Counted from the first letter of the whole stretch, positions 1-12,446 are shown. The stretch is DNA of 62,399 nt, filler included, from Sphacelaria rigidula (GCA_964200075.2; 11 parts of 11 records of this genome joined end to end with filler, not necessarily neighbours in it), one strand, 5' to 3'. Translations and numbers: made by a program. Notes: generated from the sequence alone by a model not told the origin.

Positions 1-741
1 ACTGTTTTAGGCTTGAACCTCATCTCGGAGTTAAACCTCAATTCTCACAATTTGTTGTTACAACCACTTATTATTCATAGTGATGGCATATTGGCGCACG
101 CCATTGTTTGTTGTTTGTGTGAGGGTTTGTCTAATTTATCACCGAGTGAGAAAGCAAAGTGGCACGAAGTTCTTTCATTGACAATGGCAGAAGCTCGTGG
201 AAGCCTTCTGGAGGCAGAGAAAAATTAAAACTCGGAGAGATGTTGGAGGTATTGAGGGACCTTGACGCAGAATCTCTCGGGAGAAACGTAAGCGTAAGGC
301 TAGAGGTCATGCGAAGGTACGGCGCCAGTCACAGGATGATGCTGATCCAGTCATAAGCGACGTCCGGCGCGAACTGAACCTCGTCAAAAGGGAAGCAGCG
401 ATGGCCAAGCACGTGAAGGGGCAAAGAAAGGCCTTCACGAAGCTTGAAACGGGCCTAGACCGTATCTTCGCGTTCCTGAAGATGGACGATTCATTGTTGA
501 CGCCAGCCATCGAACACAGGTCATTGGCTATTCACACTTCATGGGTAGTTTTAGCCGAAATCAGAATATAGCGTGCCCCGTCACATTAGCTTCCCCGCCT
601 GTTGTTCTATTTATCTTCACCGTTCCCCTTTGTCGCCGTTTTCCCGGCGAGTCATCCCGTCTTGTTTGGTTCAGGCTCATCTATTTTGTGACCACGGCTG
701 GAGCTTTCGGGCCATGTTTTCATCATTTCATATTCGCATTA

Positions 742-991
742 GAGTCATGCTACGATAGGGGGGAGGTATTTTGGGCCGTTTTCTTCCACGAAATTCTACT
801 TGCAATCGTCATTGATAGCAGCAACGGTAGTTCGGACGCGCTTGCTTCCGATTTGCAACGCTTTCTCAAACTGTTTGGCGTCGCTGCTACCCAACTACAA
901 GCGCACCGCGAGTGTGTTGGATCTTCTGACGCACTTATAGGCCCATTTTTTCGTGGAACCGAACACCCCCCCCCCTATCGTAGCATGACTC
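742..991. mobile_element. 250-bp MITE with GAG...CTC termini and 4-bp ATTA TSD (Sola-like)
   Basis: Perfect 22-bp TIR GAGTCATGCTACGATAGGGGGG (742-763) / CCCCCCTATCGTAGCATGACTC (970-991), with ATTA directly flanking both ends. Confidence 0.8.
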
Positions 992-3384
992 ATTATGAAA
1001 ATTTCAGACTCAGAATTGGCGTTCGGGAATTGCAACAACATGTAGCTCTGCGAATCAGCGCTGACAATGGCAGATGAGGATTCTTGTACTGTATGACAAT
1101 GCTGAACTAACCCAAAAAGATCCCTCAAGCGACAATCATCAGCTGTCTCACTGTGGTTACGTGATGCATCAATGGTGCATACACATACACATATCACACG
1201 ATTGGCCAACAAGATCACCAGATGGGACCACAAAACTTCTCACTCGATAGAGAAAAAACAAGAAAGGGAAATCAACGAACTTATCCATCACCTATTAATA
1301 TAACCACAAACCCGGCCGGACGGAAATCGCAGAACGAAACAAGATTAACATCACATGATCAAGAGCCAGTTACACGGAACAGAGAAGTAGAACCGAAAAA
1401 ATACGGGAGCTTGACACCAAAACGGGCGGACCGGGAATAGTTTGCGACTATCAATCACCCAATCAGCAAGGGAGAAGAGATAGTATGCAAGGCCTCCATT
1501 TGTGATACCGTAAAGTCGATCTTCGTGCATCATATGATATAGCACGAAACGCGGTCTGTCCAGATCGGAAGAACCCGTGGAACTAGATATGATGCCGAGT
1601 TATAGCGGCTTCCAAGGTGTTTATTTCAAGACTCCCATGAAGGTCCTCCACGTGAAACATACGACATTAATTTGATGTACGGTGTAAAATACGCAGAACA
1701 CTGATGAGCATAGCTTGAGGTTTGACGTACACTGTACAGGCTTTGTATATACTGCGATGTGTGCGCAAATAGCGGTACAAGTAAAGTCACGGTAGACGAG
1801 TGTGCGACGCTGCGCCGCGCTGCGCTGGGCTGCGCTGTGCCGTGCTATAGTGTATCGACCGACTACGTCTACGTTGAAGTTTCGAAGTTGAGGTTTTTCT
1901 AATGTTGCACGCGTTCGACAAGACAAGACATACATGATCTCTTTACCAGAGAAAGGTCTCATACGTTGTCGTAAATCATCTCGGGTTCAGAACGATTTCC
2001 GTCACGTTGTCAGATACTGCATTTGGTTTAGAATAGTTCCCTCATAGTCGTTGGGCAATGTACTTGGTTCAGAACAACTTATCGAAATGTCGTCGAACAC
2101 CTGTTCATCAAGAACAACTTGCCCAAATCTTGCAGAACATTGGTATTGAACGCCAATCATCAACATTGAGGAAGGAGCTTTTCGTTGAGAGTGAGGAAAC
2201 TCCAGACCGGGCAAGGAAAATGCCCAAACATTTTTTCCCCGACAATACTTCGGTAGTTTTTGGATATAAATGCGACTTTAGCAAAAATCTCTGCGGTCAT
2301 CGGAAACCTCAAAGGTGTCCTGAAGCAGTCTCGAGTTTTTGTTCATCCGATGGACCGCCCGAGACTAAAAAGCCGGCGTGGCCCCCCTCCATCATGTTTC
2401 ATAATCCAACTCGCCGCCGATTACACCTGTTCATGTTACTTCTTATCAAAATCGGTCGCTGAAAAACAATGTCGCGTTTGTACTGTGTCAAAACCGAACT
2501 CCGAGTTTCAAGAGGCGGTTTTGTTTGATTGAAATTTATATTCGGGTCCTGATCGGCATTCATATAAGAACACTCCCGACCACCAGGTATGGGGGACACA
2601 ACCATTTGAGCGATCCGGTTGGACCCTAACAATTCGAATCTCACTCTGCTGTTTCTTTTATGTCAACCTTTGGCGACCGGACTCTTGGGGGAAATATATA
2701 TATGGGCACTTTCCACGCGCCGTTCCGGGGCTTCCTCATCCTCAACGAAAAGCTCCATCCTCAGTTTCGATAATCGCCTGCTTGATGTGCCTTGTAGAAC
2801 AGCTCCATAGCAAGCACCTAGGTTATTTCCCAACACGTTCTAGAATCAACGCTTTCAACATGGTCGAGGATGGTCAGTCGACCGCCATCACCATCATCAA
2901 CATCCACATTCATCGCGGCGATCGATGGGCTCGTCGGTGCTTATCCAGGAACGTCACGAGACTATGGCTCAGCTCCTTCTTAATACTGATGCAACAATGG
3001 GGGAAGAGGGGTTGGCTTTCTCCTTGCTGTGCCGTTGGTTTGTATTGTGTAGGGAGGGGCGAGGGGCGGGCGAGGGACGGGGGTTGGTCGGAGGGCGTGT
3101 GCAGGAGCATTCACTCGCCATTTCGACTCCCCCTGTTCTTTTGGTCCTCATTTGTTTTTGTTCCTGCCCTAGCGACACACGAAACCTGAGTCTCGAAAGT
3201 GCAGCATTTGTCATGAGCATGCACAACGGCACCGGCACGCTTGACACCTTCTACGATAGCCCCCCCCCAAAAAAAAGGCATGGTTTTGGCAGGCAAAATC
3301 TTCACGTAAATCGAAATAGGAAAAGCCGAGCACAACGATAAGCCGGGAATTCCCGCGCTTGGGTTTGTTCTAACCAATGTTGCC

Positions 3385-3742
3385 ATGATGAGGCGCTTCA
3401 TGAAGCCTGAACCCAAAGATCAGGCGCTGTATGGCCACCTCTTTCGTGACACGTTTTGCTGGTTTGGGGGGGGGGTCTATCGTAGACAGTGTCGCTTCGG
3501 TTGGGCAGGAAAAATTGATCCTGAAGCGTCTGTCCTACAGGTATGCTTGATCGGAAACTACAAGCGTACGATTTGGCTCTGGAGACCTCATTCATTCTTA
3601 TCACGACAGCTCCAAGTGTTCAGCATATGGTCGAAGACGGGGCTTGATCAATCGACAAGCGGAGAGAGAAGACGAAATATACAAGCATGGCGCAAATATG
3701 CACACATCGAATTTCTTGCCTCTCTGCTGCATAAGGTTTCAG
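3385..3742 (+). CDS. Possible pair of internal exons of an unknown protein (one ending at 3540, one at 3610-3742)
   Basis: CAG|GTATGC donor at 3540/3541, ACAG| acceptor at 3609 and CAG|GTAAGC donor at 3742/3743. The frame stays open across the 69-bp intron. No recognisable domain, and the 5' boundary is uncertain. Confidence 0.3.
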
Positions 3743-3955
3743 GTAAGCCGAGGCCTGGCGCACAAGGTATATCCTTGATACCGTGACACCCCCGAGATGC
3801 ACGCGATCACGACCACCCACGGCCCCGCGCATACCCCAACACCCACGTACCGAGCAAAAACCCCGCCAAGGACAGTGTCTATCTGTGGATTACGTTTCCC
3901 TCGTGTCGCCGATTTGGTCAGGTTTGTCAAGGTCAGCACGTCCCTCTCGTCGTTC

Positions 3956-4669
3956 TTATTGTTGGTTGTCGTCCCAGAGTCCGCCACCAATGTCATCCTC
4001 GGAGTCCGGGTCGCTGGAAATTACGACCCGTTCGTCCGTTGGGGTCGACCTGTCCGACCAGTCCTTGGAAGCATCTCTGCCGTTTCCAGGTCTACCTCGC
4101 TCTTCGGAACTACCCGCTGCTGTGTGCTGCGACGAATGCGCAGCGGGTTCGATCATGTCGGGGACATCGTCGAACCTTTCGGTGGCGCACGAGACGGCGT
4201 GATCCTCGTAGGCCGCTTCAGCAAACTGTCGGCCACACACGGGGCAGGACCCGCGCCGAGGTCCCTCGACCTCGTTACCCGCCCCACTCCCTCCGAAGCG
4301 ATCCTTACTGTCGCACCCACCGACGGACCCACCAGTGCTAGCCTTTCTGGGCGGTAGATCGCGAGCGCCGTCGATGGTGACGCGCAGCTCGATAGTGCGG
4401 CTTCCATTCGTGGAGGGACTGAACGTACCAGCAGGGTTACGCCTGTTCTCCACCCCACCAGCGGCGGATGAAGGGGCGCGGATAGTCGACGGAGGGGTTG
4501 CGTGTGAGCGCTGAGTATCCCCAGCGTGTCGAAGTTCCTCCGACAGGATGCGGATAGCGATCCTGAGGTTTTGCATGCTCGATCCAGATCGTCTAGCACG
4601 GCAGCTAGTCAGGACAGCGTTCACCTCTTGGGTTACCTTGTCTTTGTTGCACAGCGCAGGCATGATGGT
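3956..4669 (-). CDS. Probable terminal exon of a protein with a UBZ/Rad18-type zinc finger and acidic disordered tail
   Basis: 235-aa ORF preceded by a TTCTGCAG acceptor, with an in-frame stop just upstream of the acceptor. It contains CPVCGRQFAEAAYEDHAVSC (C-x2-C-x11-H-x3-C). Confidence 0.55.
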   Translation of the reverse strand, partial: TIMPALCNKDKVTQEVNAVLTSCRARRSGSSMQNLRIAIRILSEELRHAGDTQRSHATPPSTIRAPSSAAGGVENRRNPAGTFSPSTNGSRTIELRVTIDGARDLPPRKASTGGSVGGCDSKDRFGGSGAGNEVEGPRRGSCPVCGRQFAEAAYEDHAVSCATERFDDVPDMIEPAAHSSQHTAAGSSEERGRPGNGRDASKDWSDRSTPTDERVVISSDPDSEDDIGGGLWDDNQQ

Positions 4670-4974
4670 CTGCAGAAATCACGGGAAAGCGACAGCAACG
4701 TGTACGAGGTGCATGCTTGGGATTTTCGAAAAGATCAACGACAGGACGCCCACCGCAAGGGGGCATGAGTGTGCCGGGTGGGACACGTGATTTGACAGCA
4801 GCAGGGCATAAAGCGAGGAGATGGACACCTAACGAGCTACACTTCAAAGTGAACTCTGTCCCCGATGAAAAAAGTGGATTTTACCGAGTTGTTACCTGTA
4901 AAACAAATGAGGACTGCTGCCGAGATTGCCCCCCCCCCCGAACCGGCCAAACACGTGCACGGAGGCGATGAACA

Positions 4975-5163
4975 TGAATTCCGTTAGAGCTGGTTTCGTG
5001 CTGGACGGCGCGACTCATCTGGGCGTTATAGCTGAGTTCGGACTGGTACACGCCTCTCATGCGAGCGAAATTGCTGCAAACGAGCCCAATAGTGGGTTCG
5101 CAGCCGGTTTGTCGGATGGGCTCCGATGCACTTCTTGTGGGGGGGGCAATCTCGGCATTAGTC
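4975..5163 (+). repeat. Dispersed repeat, probably the 3' part of a non-LTR element or SINE; homologous to 22510-22629 (minus)
   Basis: GCAGCCGGTTTGTCGGATGGGCTCCGATGCACTTCTTGTGG...ATCTCGGCATTAGTC matches the reverse complement of 22562-22627. That copy continues into a (GGAT)n-like tail. The left boundary is approximate. Confidence 0.6.
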
Positions 5164-5583
5164 TGAGATACTCCAATGAATTTCTGCGTATCGCGTAGGA
5201 TCAACCCAACAGCGTGTTCCCACCTCTAGCTTGGTGATGAGTGCCTGCGTTTTCCTCACGCGCGCTGGCTGGGATCCCTGCGGCATCGCCCCATAGATGA
5301 CCGTCAGATCTCGCAAGGCGCACCCATCCCCCTTGAGAATAGTGTTCCCACGGGAGCCCTGTTCCCAACACAATCACAGCGGAGATGGGTCATGTATTTT
5401 GGGTTAGGAGAAAGAAATACCCGCAATACTCACAATTGGAGTCCCCCCTCTGTGCTAGGGGGGGGACGGGGGGTGTACTCATGATCATGCACCCCATAGT
5501 CATCAGATCATTGACCTCGCATCCCTACAAAGCCGGGACGGGGCACGCCGGTTTTTGCCGGACCAGGCTCGCACTCAATCACC

Positions 5584-5683
5584 NNNNNNNNNNNNNNNNN
5601 NNNNNNNNNNNNNNNNNNNNNNNNNNNTTAATTAATTAANNNNNNNNNNNNNNNNNNNNNNNNNNNNNNNNNNNNNNNNNNNN
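5584..5683. other. Artificial 100-bp contig spacer N44-TTAATTAATTAA-N44; identical copies at 11266-11365, 16948-17047, 22630-22729, 28312-28411, 33994-34093, 39676-39775, 45357-45456, 51038-51137 and 56719-56818
   Basis: Ten identical spacers whose central 12-mer places stop codons in all six frames. The intervening segments are 5583, 5582 x6 and 5581 x4 bp, in decreasing order. Confidence 0.98.
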
Positions 5684-5963
5684 TTATCTTGCATTTGGAT
5701 GACAGCCAACAGTGAGTTGCTTTATTCTATGGTATTGCCACTTCCAGAGACAGTCACAGCTTTTACACTGCCTCATGGGTGTCTAACCAGGGGGGTGATG
5801 TCAGGGAAAATGACGGTTTCGGTCGGCGCTGTAAGCTCACAGAGTCGGTAAAATGTGCTGAAAAAGTATCTACGGGTTCGAGGGGCATCAGACCGACAAA
5901 ACCTTCATTGGGCACCATCGCTGAAAGTGTGGAGAAAGCACTGTTTTGGGCTTGAACCTCATT
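5684..5963 (+). repeat. Unclassified high-copy dispersed repeat seen at four contig ends (also 1-23, 50910-51037 minus, 62360-62399 minus)
   Basis: TTATCTTGCATTTGGATGACAGCCAACAGTGAGTTGCT is shared with the reverse complement of 50960-51006. The end motif CTGTTTTRGGCTTGAACCTCAT is shared with 2-23, and a variant of it occurs in the reverse complement of 62369-62399. Confidence 0.75.
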
Positions 5964-6019
5964 GACTGTACAACCTTATTTAATATAATTGACTGTTAAG
6001 CAATCTTTTTCTTGAACTT

Positions 6020-6800
6020 ATCATGAAACACAGCTTAGGCATAGACGTGGAATGGCGAAGCTAGCTAACCATCCTTTTGTCTTCAACCTACCATAACACA
6101 GCCCCGACATGGACATGAAATGACGAAGCTAGCCAATCTTTTTCTTTATCTATCATACAACGCAGCCCCGACATGGACATGATATGACGAAGCTAGCCAA
6201 TCTTCTTCTTTCACCTGCCAGAACACAGCCCGGAGATCGACATGAAATGACGAAGCGAAACATCCTGTTTCTTTCACCAACCAGAACACAGCCCTGACAT
6301 GGACATGAAATGACGAGGCAAATCATCATCTTTATTTAAATCAGAACGCAGCCCGGACATGGACATGAAATAACGAAGCTAACCACCTTTTCCCCTGAAC
6401 CTGCCATAACACAGCCCAGACATGGAATTGCGAAGCTAACAATCCTTTTTCTTACCATAACACAGCCCCGACATGGACATGAAACGACGAAGCTGACCAT
6501 AATTTTTCTTCAACCTACACTGAAATAGCCCGGATGTAGACATGGAATGACGAAGCTAATCATCTTTTTTCTTCAACCTACCATACCACAGCCCAGACAT
6601 ATACAAGAAATAACGACGCTAACCAGATTTTTTCTTGAACTCGTCATATAACACAGCCCCGACCTAAACATGATATGACGAAGCTACCCATCATTTTTCT
6701 TTGACCCATCATAACACAGCCTGTTAATAAACGCTAAATAATAAAGCTAATTACCCTTCTTTGCGTCAAGCACAACATAGGCTAGACATAGACATGAGGT
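6020..6800 (+). repeat. Diverged minisatellite, unit about 61 bp, about 13 copies
   Basis: CAGCCC(C)GACATGGACATGAAATGACGAAGCTAACCATC-TTTTTCTT-AACCTACCATAACA recurs roughly every 50-68 bp. Confidence 0.9.
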
Positions 6801-7589
6801 AGAGCGAGAAAAAAACAAAAGTTGTATTTCCCCATATCAGAACGGAGAACAACCGAGATTCTTCCCTCGATACCATAACAAAGGTAATGCAACAATAAAA
6901 AAAAAAAAAGATCTGTAAGCACCAGCGTGAAGATTGATCACCTTAAATGCAAATCGAAAACACGAAATATATGACAAATACAGATAGGGTAGGAGCATCA
7001 CCCCGACAACTTAAATTCACAGGGAGGTTGTGTCTCGCGGTGAAATGCCCGTGAAACTTTACCCGTTTCCATTGGGCGATAAAAATCCGGTCAGAAATTT
7101 CCCTGAAATTCCTGATATTAGGTGCACAGGCGTCAAATGAAGGGAAAGGGTGGATAATGCATGACATAAACGTCAAGACTTACTGCGGACATGAAACTAA
7201 CACCTTACCGATGACCGACCACGTAACCTACGAGAAAGAGCACCAAGAGGTACGTAGATTTCTTGAGATCTTGAAGGATAGAAGCTAGTACAAAGTGTGG
7301 GGGAACCCTTGGTCAAGCTTCGGGCACCGAAGGTCTACTCGAGAGCATTAGTGGAGTAGCGACCCATGATAAACCGTACACGGAATAGGAAGAACTGATT
7401 ATGTACGGAACATCCCGACGTATGGGTAAGACCTTGTGTAATGCAAGCCATCCTCGAACCTTACACGGTGAAAATGACCTCGCTGGAGGAAAGTAACCAG
7501 TACAGCGGCGGGGCAAGAAGGTAGAAGATACGATCGTGGGACGCCTCGATGGTTTACCGTGAAGATCGCCGGGCACAAACGTGGGGTAC

Positions 7590-10500
7590 TCGTGTCAGGA
7601 GTTCAACTTGGCTGCAGGATACGAAAAGGAAGTTGAGAATTGGAACGTGGAACGTGTGTGGATTCGCCACAGACGAGAGCAACAGACTATAAATAATCGA
7701 ATGAGTAAGTAAACGCGATCTAGATGTGGTGGGAATCCAAGAGAAATGGCAAAAAGAGGGAGCGGAAAGAGGATGCAAAGTTGAGGAGTACGCATGGAAA
7801 GGAGGGAAAGCGGAATGGGCAAAATTCCAAGAGCAGGGGAGCGAGGGGGGGTAGGGTTCGTAGTCAAGGAATACCTGTGTGACATCATAGAAGGAATCAA
7901 GGACAAAACATTTGCCAGAGCATACAGATAAGGGTATCAGGAGAGCGGGGAACGAAGGACCTTCGTAGGGAATATCTATACACCCCCAGAATTGAAGAGT
8001 ACGGTAAATGATATTCAGCGGAGGTTCGGAGAGATAGCAGCAGATTTACATGAGTTTGAAAGGCAAGGAGAAGAAATGTTAAAGAGAGACTTTAACGCAA
8101 GGGTTGAAGAAGCAGGTCAACCGGACGATGTCATTGGGTAACACGGGAAAGAGAAGAAGAACACGAACGGGGTAAAGAAGCTGAAGTTCCTTGAGAATAA
8201 ACGAGATGAAGACGCTGAACGAAAGCGCACGAAAGCCAGAGGCGCAATGGACATGCACTAGAAAATACAAAGATGAGAGAGAACGCTCCGCTTTTTACTC
8301 TATAGTGGTCGAGCATGGAAATAGTAAGGGAATGGAAGTACATGTATGCGGAAAAGACGTGGGAATTACAGATCATTGCCTGATATGGACAGAAAGCCAA
8401 CAGACAAGAGCTAAAAATATATAGGCGGGGTACGAAGTTATACAGAGAGAGAATGGATACGCTAGAATAAAAGAAAATTGCAAGAGTTCCAACAAGAGAT
8501 GACCAACAATGCAGTGAATTTCCCGCACTGTTAGTAAGCGTAGGTACTCGTTATACCAAAATGAACAGGGATCGGGCAGGAGCGAAGGTTATAGAAGGAT
8601 TGGAGCGGTTGGTCAAGAATACAGCGAGTAAAGTCAGAGAGAAAAAACTAATCGTATGCAACGGAGCAGTAAAATGGTTGAATGATGAACTAAAGGAGGC
8701 TGAAAGAGTAAGGAGAGAGGCCCACGAAAGCTACATATCGAGTAAATCTACGGTAGGATGGGTGGAGTATACCAAAGCTCGAAAGGAAGTAATGAAGATA
8801 GTACAGAAGAAAAAGAAGGGAGTATGGGAAGATGTAGTAAATAACACAAATGAAGTCTTCGATGGCGGGATGAAACAAATGTGGGTAGGGATAGGAGGGA
8901 TAATGCGAAGCCAGGGAGGAAAGATGGACAAGGGGATAGCTACACTCCGAGCACTGAACGGTAAAATTATCAGTAGTCCGAAGGGTAAGAGAGTAGTACT
9001 AGTAGAACACTACCGTAAACTAGGAACACCAAAAACTACCAAGAACTTCGACACGGAATTTGATAAAGAAATCAACGCGTGGGCAGAGACAAATGTAGAG
9101 GCGTCAAAACGGAAAGATAGTTACCCCATATAATTGCAGAGAGAGTTCACCAGAGATGAAGTCAAGTGGTGCGTGACTAAACTCAAGAACAGAAAGGCAG
9201 CAGGGGTAGAAAACATAGTGAATTAATTGCTGAAGTACGGGGGAGGGGAAGTGATCACCATGATGGTTATGCTGTATTACTGAATATGGGAAAACGAGAC
9301 ACACCCACGAGGTGGAGAGAAGAGGCAGTGGTCAACTTTTTCGAGGAAAAAGACACGGCTGACCGAGGGAATTTTTTCGGTATACCGCTGCTGAGAACCG
9401 TAGGGGAAACGTTATGTAAGATTGTGAGCAATAGAGTGGGAGTGATGCTAGATAAGCACGAAAAAGTCAGTGAGGGGCAAGCAGATTTTAGACCAAACCG
9501 TAGTTGCGTGGACCATGTGTACACACCAGGTCAAATTATTCAAGGTAGGAGAGACGCCGGGCTGACACCGTACTGTTTGTTTCTGGACGTGCAAAAGGCT
9601 TATGGCTCAGTATGGAGAAATGGGCTGTGGAAAGAGATGTGCAAAACTGGGATCAGAGGAAAGATGTGGAGGATGGCGAAGAAGATTATGGAATCTGCCG
9701 AAAGTGCTATGATGCTAGACGGGGAAATATCGAAATATAATATTTTCCACAAGGAGTTGCACAAGGATGTACGTTATCACCCACTTTACTCAAAGTATTT
9801 ATTACTGACCCGATAGTAGCAATAGGAGCAGCAAAGGAAGTAGTCAAGGTGGGGGAAGATACGGTATCGAGATTGATATTTGGGGGTGACTTGGTAGGGA
9901 TACCAGAAACACCGGAAATATTGCAGAAGTAAATAGAGAAGGCGCTCGAATACACTGGGAGGTGGTAAGTGACAGCGAATGTTAAAAAATGCGCGGTACT
10001 TGTATGTGACAAAGATAAGAAGAACCTGGTAGAGTTCAAATAAAAGTGGGGAGAGGAGGAAGGGCCAATCGTAGACAAGTATACATACCTTGGCGTAGAT
10101 ATCTCAAACAACTGTCCTTGGGATGCACACAAAAAAAAGTAGGAGAAAAGGGTAACGCAGAGATAGGCGATCCTCGGAGACTCGCATCTAGATAGTAGGG
10201 TTAAAATATGTATCCTGATGAACGTGGTTGTACCAAAGCTGGAATCTGCCGGAGAAGTATGGGAGGGAAACGCAAAGTTGGTAAGGAAGTTGGAAACAGT
10301 ACATATGGCAGCAGCTGAGAAAATACTCGAACTCTCGAAAACTGCGAGCACTACAGCATTAACAGTAGAGTTGGGAATGTATCCACTAAAAACAAGCCAC
10401 AGAGACATGAAAAAATCGAAATGGCCATACAGCGTAAAGGATATGCGGAGAAAGAGATTGCAAGCCATAGTTGACAGGGCTGTATGGAAGAAAATGACGA

Positions 10501-11150
10501 AAGGGCAAGCTGGAGTAAGGTGGGATTAAGAAGTCGAGAGATAATGAAGGAGATAGAAGGAAACCAAGACGAGATACTGTCCATAGGTGAATGAGGGGGG
10601 AACGAGACAAGACTGAAAGGCGTGATAGAAATAAGGGGAAAAGAAATGCTCAGCCGCACAGGAGACGACCAAGAACACCCGAAGATATACGGGGGCTCGA
10701 GATTGGGGATAGGGATGAAAACACATCTGCATGGCCCAATGGACTCGGCGAAAAAACTGAAACTGCAATTTCGGGTGGGGGACCTGGACTTGCCAGAAAG
10801 AAAAACAATATTTACAAGTCGTCGAAAGGAGGAGGAAGTAGATGCACAGAATTGCCCCTGTGGGCAAACCAATAGCGAGTAGAACTCATGTAGTGGCAGG
10901 ATGTGAACTATACAAGGAGGAACGGGGCGTGCTGGAGGGGGAAATGCGGGACGTGAACGAAGGTGGCGTGGCATCGTTTGATGCATTACACAAAAGCAAG
11001 AAAATGATCGCTATACTGGGAGATAGATGGTGGCCACAGACGGCAAAGCAGGACGGGGATAAGATATGTAAAGGTTTTGTGTAATGTATGGAAGAAACGT
11101 AACGAGCACCAAAATGTTGGAGTTGTCTTCAGTAGGAGTAGGAGCAGTGC
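7590..11150 (+). mobile_element. Decayed non-LTR retrotransposon (LINE) ORF2: AP endonuclease, reverse transcriptase and C-terminal CCHC finger (RTEX/I-like architecture)
   Basis: APE motifs LRIGTWNVCG, LDVVGIQE and RGGVGFVVKEY. RT motifs GQADFRPNRSCVDH, LFLDVQKAYGSVW, GVAQGCTLSP, a degenerate FGGD and YTYLGV. C-terminal LQFRVG...CPCG...RTHVVAGC. Many stops and frameshifts. An ORF1-like remnant may lie at about 7140-7570. Confidence 0.93.
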
Positions 11151-11475
11151 TCCGTCTCGGACGACTAAGGCAAGCAGAACATTTTAATGAGTACGCAATA
11201 CTCCACTCCTCCCCTAACATACCATCGGACACACTATCTGACACGTCCCAGATTTTAGAGCCTTCNNNNNNNNNNNNNNNNNNNNNNNNNNNNNNNNNNN
11301 NNNNNNNNNTTAATTAATTAANNNNNNNNNNNNNNNNNNNNNNNNNNNNNNNNNNNNNNNNNNNNTTTTCCTTATACCAGAAACTCATGGTCCACAGATG
11401 CGATTACTGCATTGTTGAAGTGCCCCCCCCCCCCCCCAAACACGCCTCCATTCACATTCATCCAAATCCCGCCAG

Positions 11476-12424
11476 GCCGCTATTACCGGCCCCAACCGTA
11501 CCTGAGGGAAGTGATAGACTTCCTGGCGGGGGAAGCGTCCAGGCGAGGCTGGATGGCCTGCGAAGGGCCTCCAGTGGCTATAGCGGCTTTGGCGGGGTCG
11601 GGACGAACAGCAGTCGACCAGGCGCCGAGGGGACGCGAGCGAGGCTGCCCTTGATGCACTCGGTGGCGGCGGGGGCGCACTGGGTGCTGACGCCAGTAAT
11701 GGGGTTATTCGAGGGAAGCGAGCAGCGGGTCGCAGCCCCGGTAAATGCTACCAACCGTGGCCCTTCTGCTGTTGTGGTTCCACATCCTGATAACGCCTCT
11801 AGTGATGGTGGTGGCGGTATCGGTGGTGGGTATATTGGCAGTAGTGGCGGGGACGTGGATGAGGAATTGGGCGACGGTGGTAGTGTTGGTAGTGCGGCGA
11901 CGGCCGATGGGAGGGCAGGCGGGGGGATCTCGGCAAGGGGCAGGACGTGGGCAGCCAGTCTGGGACGGCGGAAAAACACGGTGATGGGCGGGGGTGCCGG
12001 TGCCGGGACCGCGGGTTCCGTTAACGGTCCCTGGAACGGTTATGGAACCGGCGGGACCGGGGGTACCCGAGGGCACGGTCGCGCCGGCGGGGGATGGGGG
12101 AAGCGGACCGGGCCGCGGATTGTACCGGCCGGATGTCGAGCGGTGTTCAAGACGCAACCCGGAGAGTGCTATTTCAGGGTGGGCGGCGGCGTCGGCGGTG
12201 GTGCTTCGCGAGAAGCGTCGGTTGGGACTGGGAGGGTTGGTAGCAGGGACGGAGAAGGAAGGGTGGGGGGCAGCGGTCGGTCGTGTCCGAGTGTTGGGGA
12301 TTCGGTGTCGGCGGGGCGTTGCTCGCTGGCGGTGTTGATACGTGCTGGGGAAGGCGCTGCGGGGGAGATGGGGCATGCTGCGGCGGGGTGGCGACATCGA
12401 CCGACACATCGGGTCACGTGGCAG
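11476..12424 (+). CDS. Large Gly/Ser-rich internal exon of an unknown protein
   Basis: The 352-aa ORF contains a CCGCCAG acceptor at 11475 and a strong CAG|GTGAGC donor at 12424/12425. Composition is GC-rich and coding-like, with structured patches (CRAVFKTQPGECYFRV, CSLAVLIRAG, HRPTHRVTWQ). Confidence 0.7.
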
Positions 12425-12446
12425 GTGAGCGCCAAAATATTGTGAA

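Noticed and set aside
6020..6800. CRISPR-like array (conserved block of about 30 bp every 61 bp)
   Set aside because: The intervening segments are homologous to each other rather than unique spacers, the conserved block is itself diverged, there are no cas genes, and the context is eukaryotic.
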